From contig NC_042998.1 of the NCBI RefSeq assembly GCF_006345805.1, forward strand, positions 45,260,001 through 45,324,000: DNA of 64,000 bases, read 5' to 3'. Position 1 is the stretch's first letter; each line of letters starts with the position of its first letter. The stretch is from Octopus sinensis. Its lineage: Eukaryota. The translations under genes and the position numbers were made by a program. Shown piece by piece: positions 10,650 through 23,660 of the stretch. The notes under the pieces are model-generated. The model had not been told where the DNA came from. It saw only the letters and a program-made list of their open reading frames with translations, and made no database searches.

Positions 10650-11172
10650 TTTCACCTGTTAAAAGAAAGTATGGAGCGCAAGTGTAATTTCAATAAAGAA
10701 CAAAATAAGAATTTTTAACACTAACGTAAAAGCAGTGTTATTGTATGGGGCTGAGACATGGCAAACAACAGTTAAGTCAAATAAGAAAATACAATCATTC
10801 ATCAACAGATGCTTGCATAATATACTTAAAATTAGATGGCCTGAACACATAAGCAATATGGAGCTATGGCAAAGAACAAATCAAGTTTCAATTAGGGAGT
10901 AAATATTTAAGAAAAAGTGGAAGTGGATTAGTAGCACAATTAGAAAAGACACACCAAATGTAGCAAAAAGTGCTTTACAGTGGAATCCGGATGGATATAG
11001 AAAGAGAAGTAGGCCTAAGAACTCATGGCATAGATCAACACAGAAGGAACTAGAGAAAGGGGGATATTCATGACAGAGTATAAGTACAGAAGCCAAAAAT
11101 TAAGCGACATGGAATTCAACTATAAGTGGCCTATACTCTGCGTTGGAGGGTTAAAGGTAGGAAAGAAAGAAT
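10650..11172 (+). mobile_element. RTE LINE 3' end (second lineage), decayed ORF plus (GAAA)n tail
   Basis: Translation TKIRIFNTNVKAVLLYGAETWQTTVKSNKKIQSFINRCLHNILKIRWPEHISNMELWQRTNQ..SALQWNPDGYRKRSRPKNSW is the classic RTE C-terminus. Confidence 0.9.
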
Positions 11173-13254
11173 ATATGTCTAGGGTATGACTTTAAACTGC
11201 CTGTGGTAGTGTACCTAGTTCAGGAATTCCTGGGTTGTGAGGAGTGTGGAAATATGTTTTAGCTACTATTGTTTTACTGGTCTATTCTGTATACTCTGAC
11301 CTGGCTCTAACTTTTGGTTAATTAGCATGTGAATAAAAACCACCATGAGTGAGGGATCTGCTAGCTGTTGTCACAACAGTCTTCTAGGAGATAGACATTG
11401 TGATGTAAAACTTGCAGTTTCACTTGGTTACTGGTCAGTCATCTCATTTTGGTTTGTTACTAAGTACTAATCACATAGACTCAGAGTGGTACTCATATTG
11501 TGCAAGCATTTGTCGCTATAAGCCAATGACAGTATATGGTGACCTCATTTGTCATTCCATATACTGAATGTCCTATGGCAATGGAAGAGTAGTGACATGT
11601 GCAGACCTGATTCATTGAAAGTATATAGTTATATAAAACAGCAGGACTGAATTTTCATTTGAGAGGTCATTGATAGAAAACCATAAATCCATTGAAAGTG
11701 AAAGAGCACAAGACAGCAGTCACTGTATAATACATACACATATGTCATCATCATTTAACATCCATTTTCCATGCTAGCATGGATTGATAGATTTGACTGG
11801 AGATAGTAAGGCCAGGGGCCATGCCAGGCACCATTGTCTGGTCTGGCATAGTTTCTACTGATGGATGCCCATCGTAATGCCAACCACTCTATAGAGTGTA
11901 CTGGGTGCTTTTAACATGTCACCAGCACCAGTGCTTTTTACATGGCACCAGCACTGATGTGAGTGTGTGTGTAGAGAGAGAGGGGGGGGTTGAAGTGATG
12001 TACAGATATTGTATATATATTTTTGATAAATCCATTAACAGAAGGTGCTAAAAATGTAAAATATATATATATATATATATAATCATCCAACATTCTGACT
12101 ACCTTGTTATTCTTAATATCTATTTATATATACATACATATGATAGGATTCCACACAGTTTCCATCTAGCATATTCACTCAGGGCTTTGATCTGCATGGG
12201 ACTATTGGAGAGGACACTTGCCCAAGGTGTTATGTGGTGAGACTGAACCCAAAACCACATGGTTGGTAAACAAACTTCTTAGCCACACAACCATACCTAC
12301 ATATAGGATGTTAAAATACCTTCAAGTTATTTTAATTATTTCTTTTGAGAGCTAAACCTTTATCTTAAAGAAATACTTTCATGAAACTATTTTGGTTTTC
12401 TTTATTCTGACTAGGTTGTTACCCATTGCTACCTTGCTGGTAAAAATATCTGTTAATCATGCACATATTTTCATAAGCTGTTCAAGGTGCAAGTCTTTTT
12501 TTTTTAATGTTTGCGTTGCATTGTCTATATATTGAAAGGCATACAGAATCACGTTTGCACACACAAATAGCCACCACCACCATAAAGAATAACTATATGT
12601 ATTATATATATATACATATAGTTTTTTTTTTTAAGTTTGTTGTGTTGTGTTGACAGACTTGCTCTTAAAGTTCACACCTTAGTTACTAAGGTGACAACAC
12701 AACCTATTTATCTGCCTTTCACATGTATACTCACTCCCCCCCTTTTTTTCTCACTGTATTTCTCTCTCAACATAACTTCTCTCCTCCCCATCTTTACTCT
12801 CTCTACACAGATTTTATTACAGACAGACAGAGATCAGCTTCTCCTTTATAAAATTTAGGATTTTATGTCAATTATATTTAGCAGTCTTTTTATTATGAGG
12901 CCAACTTACATTTGAAAAAATAGACTTGAAACCAAATGATCAGAAATGAAAGTGTACATGTATTTTTTTTTTTTTAATAGAATGTAGAAGTTCATACCAG
13001 AACGCTATTTTATGATTTTGCAACAGTTATTTTCTAATATTTGAATTGCTGTCTCTTTGCAGATCCTAGATTTTCTTGAGTTTTGTTTTTCTACATAATT
13101 TATTAAATAAGCACCTTAAATGGTGCTGGCTACCTAATCAATGCAAAGTTTTAGTTGTTTTTGAGTGTCTCTTTCAGTTGCTTTAATTAGCAATTATTTC
13201 TCAGTTAAAAAAGTTGCTCTACTACCCAAACAGTTCTCATTGAGTGAGTGTGTG

Positions 13255-13273
13255 TGTATGTATAAATATACAT

Positions 13274-13305
<32 letters not shown>

Positions 13306-13376
13306 GTATATATGTATACACACACATGTACATGTATGCAGATATTTATAGTTATATCTGTGCATATATGTGTGTG

Positions 13377-13422
<46 letters not shown>

Positions 13423-13472
13423 CATATATATGTATGGATATATGTTTATATATGCATATATGTATACATGTG

Positions 13473-13521
<49 letters not shown>

Positions 13522-13523
13522 AA

Positions 13524-13555
<32 letters not shown>

Positions 13556-13560
13556 ATAAT
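13255..13560. repeat. (TA)n/(CA)n/(TG)n microsatellite block
   Basis: Directly visible. Confidence 0.95.
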
Positions 13561-14334
13561 TATTAATTGAGGGAATATATTTTATTATTTTAATTTTAAT
13601 ATTTCTATTATATGTAATTTTCTAGATGGTGTAATTATTCATTTTGAATTGATAAAAGGTGTTTTTTTTCTAATTTTATATATATATATAGATAGGTAGA
13701 TAGATATATAGATAGATATAGATATCTATAGATAGATAGATATGTGTGTATATATACATATATGTATTTTTATGCATGCACATGATATGTATGTTTGTAT
13801 GTATGTGTATATATATTTGTTTCTTAATATATGAGTGATGTTTCTGTGTCCGTTACGTTTTTATGTTCGTTAACTTCTAGACCGTTGGTGCTTGGACAAC
13901 AAAACTTAATCCAACAACTCCCCTAATGTGAAGGAATGTCCTTAGGGGGTCTATTTTTTTAAGAGCCACCTAATTAGGGCCCCACTGAACCCCTCCCTAC
14001 TTTTGCTGCATTTTAAACTAAATATATGGTATTGGCAACCAAATCGGAGTAATAACAATGAATTTCATACCATGAACTCCCAGGGATTATTGTAAGAAGA
14101 TTTAATTTCTGAAGGGCAAATTAAATGGTGCTCCACTCCCACACACACACACGTGCGCACACACCTATTTTTACACCTCAGGAGCTAGCCTGAAGGGCAG
14201 CTTCAAGGCTAAAAACTTAGGAGATACATATACAATGAATGTGTCCAAGTCCATTACATTACACTAGTGTAGAGGGACACAAAGGTGCCAAAAGTGCCTG
14301 CAGCAGGAGCTAACATGAATGTCACCCAAACGGC

Positions 14335-14409
14335 AGGTGTGTGTATATATGTATATATATGTGTGTGTGTGTGTGTATATTCAAGGCTAGTGTGATATAA
14401 ATATATGTG

Positions 14410-14441
<32 letters not shown>

Positions 14442-14666
14442 ATATATGTATGTATATATGTATGTATATATGTGTACGTATTTGTATATATATGTATGTA
14501 TGTATATATGTGTACGTATTTGTATATATATATGTATGTATGTATATATGTGTACGTATTTGTATATATATGTGTATGTATATGCATGTGTATATATATG
14601 TATATATGTGTATGTATATGCATGTGTATATATATGTATGTATATATGTATGTATATATGTATGTA

Positions 14667-14719
<53 letters not shown>

Positions 14720-14761
14720 ATATGTATGTACATCTATGTGTATACACACATATATATAAGC

Positions 14762-14808
<47 letters not shown>

Positions 14809-14810
14809 GT
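14335..14810. repeat. (TA)n/(TG)n microsatellite block
   Basis: Directly visible, with a repeated GTGTACGTATTTGTATATATA sub-unit. Confidence 0.95.
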
Positions 14811-16132
14811 TATGTAAGTCCTTGTCAGTAATTTGCTTTCCCCTATTGTTGCGATGTGGATTAGATGGTTCTTTTACAACTCTGCATACATCATGCTGGT
14901 TCTCTCAAAACTTACTGGTGGTTTTTCCAGTTGCAGCAAGTTTTTCTTTGCTGGGATTTCAACGTTTGAATTCTCTTCATATTATTAACTTGTGTGATAA
15001 TATAGGCCACGTGTGCTTATGACATAAAAAGTGAAAAAGTTTTCTCACGCTTGAGGTGAGGGTGAAGGGGTCGCTGATGATGGTGGTGGTAGTGGGGAGA
15101 TCTCCACCCTATATAAACATAAAGTCTCCATTAATTAAAACAAGGTGAAACAGATTAGAAGGTTTATCAAAACCCTCAGCGCCAATAAATATCTTTACTC
15201 TGGCTCTCTGGCACTTACTGAATTATATTAGGTTCAACATCCATGGAGACAAAAAAAAAAACAGATATCGATGAAACAGGCAATATAGAATAAATCACAG
15301 CCAGGTTTCTTCTCCCTACCTATATCAATTTTTTTTTCTCGGTGAGCTAACTTTTGATATTTCATCATTTCAAGTTCTGTGTGTGAGTAGCAAAAAAAAA
15401 AAAAAAAAAAGACCCTAGTTGGGTCTTTTTCAGCTTTGGAATAGTCAAAACTATGCATGCTTTTGCTGAAACAGCTTTGTTTTTATTATTTTTGAGGTTT
15501 TTGTTTTGATTTTCTTGTTTATTAAGTTTTCAGTTTATTCCTTAATATTCATTTTTGTACCTAAATGTTTATTCTCCAGATATTTGCTACCTATTTCATT
15601 CCTAACCTTATATCTAACTTTATAGAAACATTACTATTTGCTTCCCAGTTTTAGAATAGATAACATTGTATCCCTGTGTTTCATGTTGTAAAGTGCAATT
15701 AATAAGGTTAGCAACAGGAAAGGCATCCCACAATGAAATACCATCACAGAAAAATTGACCAACCCATGCCAGCATGGTAAAGTTGGTTTAAATTATGGAT
15801 GGATGATGATCTTGTTTTGTAAAAGCATGTTTTCACAACTGACAAATGCTGGAAAATAAATACAAAATAGCTTGATATGCAAATATATAGTTATGCATTT
15901 ATAAATACATACACACATCACAGCATCATGGTTTTTAACACTCTATCTACATAATGATATACAGATGGTGATTATATATATATATATATATATATTACAC
16001 ACACACATTGTTTTTCAGTATATACATTTAGTATGATTCACAGATAGCGATACACACACACACACGTGCATTTATATCTTCAAGTAATATACTCTTATTC
16101 AAAATCTTGCCCCAGTTTACTAGTATCATTAA

Positions 16133-16269
16133 CCCTTTGAGCCCTGACCTCCTGAACTTTATTTGACCATACACAAGGTACTCCACCGGTACACTACCAG
16201 TAGAGCAGTGCTACAGTATAGAGAAAAATAAGCCATCCATTGGCAAACCAATGTCATGGGCTCAAAGGG
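16133..16269. mobile_element. 137-bp TTAA-flanked MITE (piggyBac-like ends)
   Basis: TTAA(16129-16132)-CCCTTTGAGCCC ... GGGCTCAAAGGG-TTAA(16270-16273): perfect 12-bp TIRs. Confidence 0.8.
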
Positions 16270-18674
16270 TTAAGCAGTGAAGCTGATCGCAAGTCTGAAT
16301 CTCACAAAAGAGATGACTGGGGTCCCATTGTGTAGTAAGGTAATGTGGCTGGAGAAGACCCATCCAGTCCTTGCCCATGGGAAAACAACAGACAATGATG
16401 ATGATTAAGTATCCAATTTATTTGTGGGGTAAAACAGTAAGATTGTAAGGGGTTTTTTTTGTTGTTGTTGCTTTTTATTTTTATTTTTTTACAAGTTTAG
16501 AATTGGAATGGTTAGAAATAGAAAGTCCATTATCAAGCTTCAGTCTAGTGATTTACACCTCTCCTCTGTTTTACTTTAGTATTTAAACTGTTCATATCAG
16601 GCCCAAATATTCTACTTCATTTATGTTCAAACCAGCCAGATCTGACCTCTCAGACCTACCCTCCAATGTCATTCTAAAAAAAAAATAAACAATCATATCA
16701 TTGAAAACTCAGGCCTATGAGATAATGCATGATTAATCAAAACAATGTTAATAAATAAGCATTACATTTGACAGTAATCTGTGTGTTAAGGAGTTGAACT
16801 CCCAAAGTTTTTGTTACATTTTTTCATATGAAACTTCTTTGAATATGATTTAAGTCATATTTTAAAACATTACATGTGACAATAATCAAATTGTACCTGA
16901 TAGCACAAGGGGCAGTGAAATAATCTATTATATGGGAGACAAGTCAGTTAACTATGTTTGTTTTTATTTTGTATTTTGTTTTTCCTTACAACATACATCT
17001 TACTTTATAAAGAAACTATTCATGTGTAATTGTAAGTTTATTTCATATGGAAACTATTAGATGCTGTCTACAATGATTTATACAATACAGTCCACCAACT
17101 TAAGAAATAGAGCATAACTGACTAAGTGTATTGAATACATTATATATATATATACTTGGCATATGAATTATACAAGCAGATGTTTCGCTTGTCTGGTTTA
17201 TTGACTGGTTTGCTGATCCTGGAAAAATATTCATAGCTACCTAAGTTATTTCTTTACAAAAGCAACAAGTTTATTTCCGAAATTAAAGTGTGATTCAGTA
17301 AAAAGATTTTAAGTGCAGTTGTTATAGCACCTGTCAGAGTAGTTGAATAGTTTTTAAGCACACTTTAGCTTTAGTCTTTGACTGATTGAAGTAAGAATTT
17401 AGTGAATTATCTAAATTGCAGCTAAAGACTATTATTACGTGTTCACCTCAACATGACACTCTCTCTTCCTTGCTAGTTGGCAATTTCATTTTGCTTTTAT
17501 TTTTTATCAATTAATTAATTCCATATTATTTATTTATTACATATTTCCTCATTGCTAGAGCATCTACTCAACTGTAAAATATATATAAATATATATATAT
17601 ATGTGTGTGCGTGTTGTTTAGATCTAGTTACATAATATAATTAATGCGTTTTACTTTTGTTTGTGTTGCAAATTTTAATTGAACTTAAAATTGCTCCTTT
17701 GTGCAACCTCTTTTTTTTTTTGTATTTTTACTTCATTTGCTCTCCAATTAACCCAATCAAGTCTATGTCTGTAATTGCATTTACAATATTAGTCTTTCAC
17801 TCTTTTAACTGCAAAATTAAATATCATGGTTGCTCCAGTAATGAAGTTAAATATCTACCTAAAAAAAAATTAGAACTGGAAGTCACATTGCTTCAATACA
17901 CTTGACAAAAAATAGTTTCAATAATGATATTCCTCGACAAAAACAGACTGGTATATAAAATTGCTTTCAGCAGTAAAAGTGTCAATACCATTTTTTTTTA
18001 TATATATAATTTTGTTTTTGAGATGTGTTTTTCTTATTTAAGAAATTCTTATTTGAGTAAAGTTCTGTCATATAAAGTGAAAGAAAATATAGCAATGATG
18101 AAGTTTATTATTATATCTTCAGACCATTTCCAAGTGGCAAAATGAATGAACAGTATATCCATAGTTCACTATAAGTGACAAATCTATTGATACAGGGCTT
18201 TTCAGGAATATAAACTCATAAACTACTCACTCCACAGAGATATCATGAGCTGCCATTCATCTTTTTAGCTATCAGCTATGCCTTTCACTTATTTGTTTAC
18301 TTCATACAATTACTGTTTTAAAATAGCGAAATATCATTACTACTCACAAATGAACACGATTCAATCTTTACACCAACTTTTTTTTTCACCCGGTTTGATC
18401 TCATTTGAATCAACTTCATATGCAATTTACCAACACGAGTAAGACTAGCTTTCATTTCCCATCAGTTAAAGCATCTGTTTCCTCTTCCGTCTAGATATAT
18501 AAGTAATCATTGTCATTGACCTAACCATTAAATACAAAAAGACTTGATGTTGACGAGCCTATTTTGTTTTGCTTCAATGTTATTTTCCTCAAAAACCAGC
18601 TATGGTGGAAGTAATTGGCATGCATTATAGTGGCAGTATATTGCTGTAAGTTTATATATTTATATGTATACATG

Positions 18675-18707
<33 letters not shown>

Positions 18708-19097
18708 TTTTTGCATGTTTTTGTTGTTGTTTTTCTTTAATTTAAATTTAATTTCCAAGAGACATTGAAGAATGATATTTCAATAAAAAAAAACTTGGAA
18801 ACTTTTATTTGTTTTTGTATTCAGCTACTCCTGCTGGCTTTCATTAGCATTTACAAATTGCTCATTATAATCATAATTATATATTATGATTTCAATAGGG
18901 AAATCTGATCCTAATTTGGCTAGGTGATTATCACTTTGAAGAGATTATCTTTTTAATATTGTATTAATTAATTTACCCACTTTTTGGATAAACAGAAGTT
19001 GACCAATTGTCTCTAATAAATAGAATTTTTGATGAAATAATTCAAAGATGTTTATAACATAGCATGCTCATGTCATCCCACACACACACTCTCTCTT

Positions 19098-19164
<67 letters not shown>

Positions 19165-21564
19165 TTATTAGTCTACTGATAGTTAATTAATATTTAGTCG
19201 TAAGTAAATGAATATCAGGTACTGAATTTATTTTGAAACAAATTATTAGGGTTTTTTAAATATTTTTTTAAGTTAAGAAACTCCTCCTCTATCAAACTGG
19301 GATGGTTTTATGACCACTCATGCAATTTTGTACAGGTTACTTTCTTTGTTTTCTTTCCCTGTCCCTTTTTTCTCTCTCCCAACACAAATATTCCCAAAGC
19401 AATATTTCTCACCCTCTTCCCTCTCTCTATCTGTCTAACTGCAGACATACATATATATACACAACAGATTTCCGCACAGTTTCTGTCTACCAAATTCACT
19501 CATAAGGCATTAAGTAAGCTCTAGGCTATAATAAAAGACACATGTCCAAAGTGCCATGCATTGGAATTGAACCTGAAACTACATGGTTTCAAGGCAAACT
19601 TAACCAAATAGCTATGCCTGCCCTGTTGTTGTTGTTGTTCTCCCATGCCTACAGTTTTATTTATCATATTGTTTACAAAACTTCTCTAAGTCTAGATTTC
19701 ACCAAACTTTTAGTTCTTTTATAAAAGTCATAGAGATGATGTTGCTCTTAAGTCCCATTTAGTTTCCTGTCAAAACAGGATTGACAACCTGAATGAACTA
19801 CTTCTGAAATCATGTGACTATCATATGGACAGCAGAGCATTTAAGGGTAAAAAAAAAAAAAAAAAAAAGTGGCTTTCAAATTCATGTTTGTTTTTTCAAT
19901 GCTGTATTTATTTCATTGGTTTCCAAGGATATGTATTTGTTTTTACTATCACTACAGAGCCTAAAGCTATATTTTCAGAACCAACATATAAATTAGGAGT
20001 GTTCAGTCACTTTTACATTAAAATTTAGCACACAAACAAAAAATAATGACTGTCACTTTGTTAAATATTTAAATAATAATTATTTCAACAAATTATCCTG
20101 CTGTTTACTTCTTAATACTCTTTTCTTTATTTTACTTCATATTTAAACGATACGTGAGATAATTCATTACTTTGCTCATGAACCTGTTTACATTTAATAA
20201 TTGTGCAGTATTCGTTATGCGACATACATCATCATTTTAACATCCCCTTTTCCATGCTTGCATGAGTTGGACAGTTTATTGAAGCAGATTTTTCTAAGGA
20301 CGGGTGCCCTTCCTGTTTCCAAGCAAGTATAGTTTCCCCATGGCTGGACACGTTCTCATAGAACATTGGAAATTAATGACACTGCTTGTATAACAGTGGC
20401 AATCATTTTACAACTATCAGATATATATATATATACACACACACCACACACACACATATCTGACACTTTTTCAGTTTCCATGAACTAAGTTCACTCTCAC
20501 AAGCATCTAGTTGGCCCAGGACTATAATAGAAGAGACCTGCTTAAGATGTCACACAGTGGGACTGAACCCAGTACCATTGTATAGAAAAGAAATTTCTTA
20601 GTACACAGCCATTCCTTCACTTATACACCTATACATATATTATCTAACTAGAATCAATTAGAATGGTTATTGTTATTTTATAAAATTTTTTGTGCCTTTT
20701 TTTTATAACAGTGACCTCTGGTGGTTGGTTTAAATTTGTCATTAACTTGGATGTTAGCAGTTATTGGTAAACAATTTGATACTAAAATTTAGTGAATTAA
20801 TTTATTTCATATTCGTTAATTTATTGTTTAATATTAAGGTGAATAACAATTTGTTAATTCTCAAGAAGTCACCAAAAAAGAAAGAAAAAACTAAACTAGA
20901 AGTTGAATACTACTGGAGATTTTCTACGACTGTTTCAGTAATAATTTGAGATTCTATATCTAGTTTAAAAATATAAGTAGAAAATAAATTAAAGGCAAGT
21001 GAAAACTGGACCACAACTTCAGTTGCTATGAATAGCTGATATATTTCAACCTCTACACCAGAAATCTCTGTTCTCTTCTTCAGTAAATGCCTTGAACCAG
21101 AAACATCAAACCTTTTTTCTTTTCTCATAGAAACTATGTTTATTTAAGCCAACACACTTTCTCCAGTAATAAATAGCTACCATCTTAAAGAAACAACTTT
21201 AAAGTACTGATCATATCTATGTTCTTGCCAAGAAATACTTCACCTCTGATTAAGTTGTTACTCTACAAAGCGCTATCGCTTCCTATAATAATTTATCAGT
21301 AAGCTCCTTTGAAAGTTGGATTATTCTCCTTCAGTTATTTTCTGGACTACATTTAGAAAAAATGCTATCTAGCTGATTAACAAACCCCTCTCGACCGAAA
21401 TTTCCACCTTTCTGCCTTACATCATCTGCTCAATGAACAACCCTTAATGACTTCATTGACAAGCTGTGTGATTATTGAAATTTGGCTGGAAAATACCAAG
21501 GGAGTTTTCTGTTGCCTTCCTTCAGCTATTTCTTTTACAAGATACTTACCTATCAGCTGCATAC

Positions 21565-21902
21565 AGCTAACGAGACGTCTGCATTGGCTGGGTCATGCCC
21601 TCCGTTGTCAACCAGGAGAATTCATCTACAAAGCAATTGCTCCAGCTCCCTTTCAGGGTTGACAAAAGCGATGTGGTTGACAACGAAAAACCTGGCTGAT
21701 GACAGTCTAGGCTGATCTGGAACCCAACCTAGGCCCCCATGTCTACGACATTCACCGCTGGAATAGGGAGTGGTTGGAGATCACGCAGTTGTTAGCCTCA
21801 AATCGCCAGGCCTGGTCAGTGTTTGTGAGAGATGCAGCATTGAGGATGAATGAAGCCAGCTCAACTCACCCCGGGTGAATGCTGTCTCAAGCAAGCAAGC
21901 AT
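21565..21902 (+). mobile_element. RTE LINE 3' end (third lineage) with (CAAG)n tail
   Basis: Translation QLTRRLHWLGHALRCQPGEFIYKAI..G*QKRCG*QRKTWLMTV*ADLEP..RWNREWLEITQLLASNRQAWSVFVRD, followed by CAAGCAAGCAAGC. Confidence 0.85.
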
Positions 21903-23464
21903 ACAGCTTAGTTCACCTCATTTATCAGGGTTCTCACAATATAGATAGTCAGAACAACTATTGCAAGGCATTTTGTACAATGGTCTAACTGTTCTACCAA
22001 CTTGCTGCTTTGATCTAGCACTTCATTTTATTGACATCAGGAGTGTAAAAGAAAAAGTTGACCTTGGCAGAATTCGAATTCTGTACTTAAAGAACTAGAA
22101 CAAATATCATAAGCCATTTTGGTTGAGGATCTAATAATTCTGATAAATCATCACCTTATTCTGATTCTAGCCTCATCATTATTCAATGTTGTATACTTGA
22201 CCTCTTTAAAGTTTTTTAGTATTAACTTACCTAAGAACAACTCGGGGTCCATATTACCAACCTACTGAAAATTGGGATGTATCAAAGTGTGTGTATTGAA
22301 ATTTTAATCAATTTCTAGTGCTTTGGGTGTTGGGCTCATGATCATAAAGGTTGTTGGATTTAATTCTTTGACCTACAGCACATTGTGTCTTTGAACAAAG
22401 CATATATTTTGGTACTCCAGTCTATTCTGCTGAAAATGAGTATCAACTTAGTGCTGGTGCAGCTCTTTCTCTCCCATCCTTGACGTTCTGCTAGATCAAT
22501 AAATAGGGGGCTAAGAAGATGTCTGTTCACAACTACATAGGCCCTTAAAACAACTAGCGAGAGTTTGATACATGCTACCTGCTCATAGTGGTTGCCAGTG
22601 ATGGCTATGATTTTTAGTTTTTACCTTATTACATGAATAGGAATGTGTGTTTCTTTCTGTAACCCTTTTGTTAAGCTGTTTTTGGAGTATAGCAATAATT
22701 AAAAACTTTATTATAATAAACCTTCAAAATCTTGATTATTTGAAAATTAATTGAAACAGTGTATTTTTGTTAGAAATTGAGCGTACAAAAGTGTTAATGT
22801 TTCTACTAAAAACTGATCTGTTTAACTTGCTGGCTATACCCCAACCCCGTCTTTATTTTTTCCCTACTTATCTTTCTACATCATTCTATTTCTAGTGTAT
22901 TTCACCAGGGACTGATTACAATCAGTGCTTTATTATGAGAGCTACATCACTGTGAAATTCTGTTCACTTTCATATGCTTTCTATGACTTTTCAAATTCCA
23001 TTTTAAACACATATTTTCACTTTCAACATTTTTCAGTCTGATACAAACTTCACAAGCTACAGAAGTGGTTGTTCTAGGAAATGAGGACTCTTTTTTTAAC
23101 CACGAACAAGGTTTCAAATTTATATGAGGAAATGGAATTCTATGACTTTCAGGTCTTCTTTCCAAAAGAATTGATTCAGTGAAGTAAGATGGCTTTAAGA
23201 AGAACTAAATTTCATTAGTAATTAAATATTTTATTTAAAAACATTATCTATGTCGTCAACCTGTATATTGCTAGTCTCTAGCAGTTGAGTGTCCATCATT
23301 GACAAGACCAAACAGGGTCGCAAGAATGCATTTTGTACCAAACATCTGATGTGAGAGTTCCTCTCATAGCAACCACCACTGTAAAGTTTGTTCTAATAGA
23401 ACATCTATATTATTACCTCTTGGTATTAATACTAATATATTGCCAGTACCGCCTAACTGGCTCT

Positions 23465-23660
23465 CATGCCGGTGGCACGTAAAAGTACCCACTACACTCT
23501 CGGAGTGGTTGGCGTTAGGAAGGGCATCCAGCTGTAGAAACTCTGCGAGATCAAGATTGGAGCCTGGTGCAGCCATCTGGTTCGCCAGTCCTCAGTCAAA
23601 TCGTCCAACCCATGCTAGCATGGAAAGCAGATGTTAAACAATGATGATAATGATGATGAT
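23465..23660 (+). mobile_element. RTE-type LINE 3' end with (GAT)n tail
   Basis: GCCGGTGGCACGTAAAAGTACCCACTAC..TTAGGAAGGGCATCCAGCTGTAGAAAC..GTTAAACAATGATGATAATGATG. Confidence 0.88.

Noticed and set aside
15000-15125. CACGTG E-box, TGACATAA and TATATAAA suggesting a promoter
   Set aside because: Short motifs expected by chance in AT-rich DNA; no linked exon or transcript evidence.
22947-23165. 72-aa minus-strand ORF with a CxxC...HxxH pattern
   Set aside because: Spacing does not fit C2H2 or BED fingers, and there are no convincing splice sites or homology.
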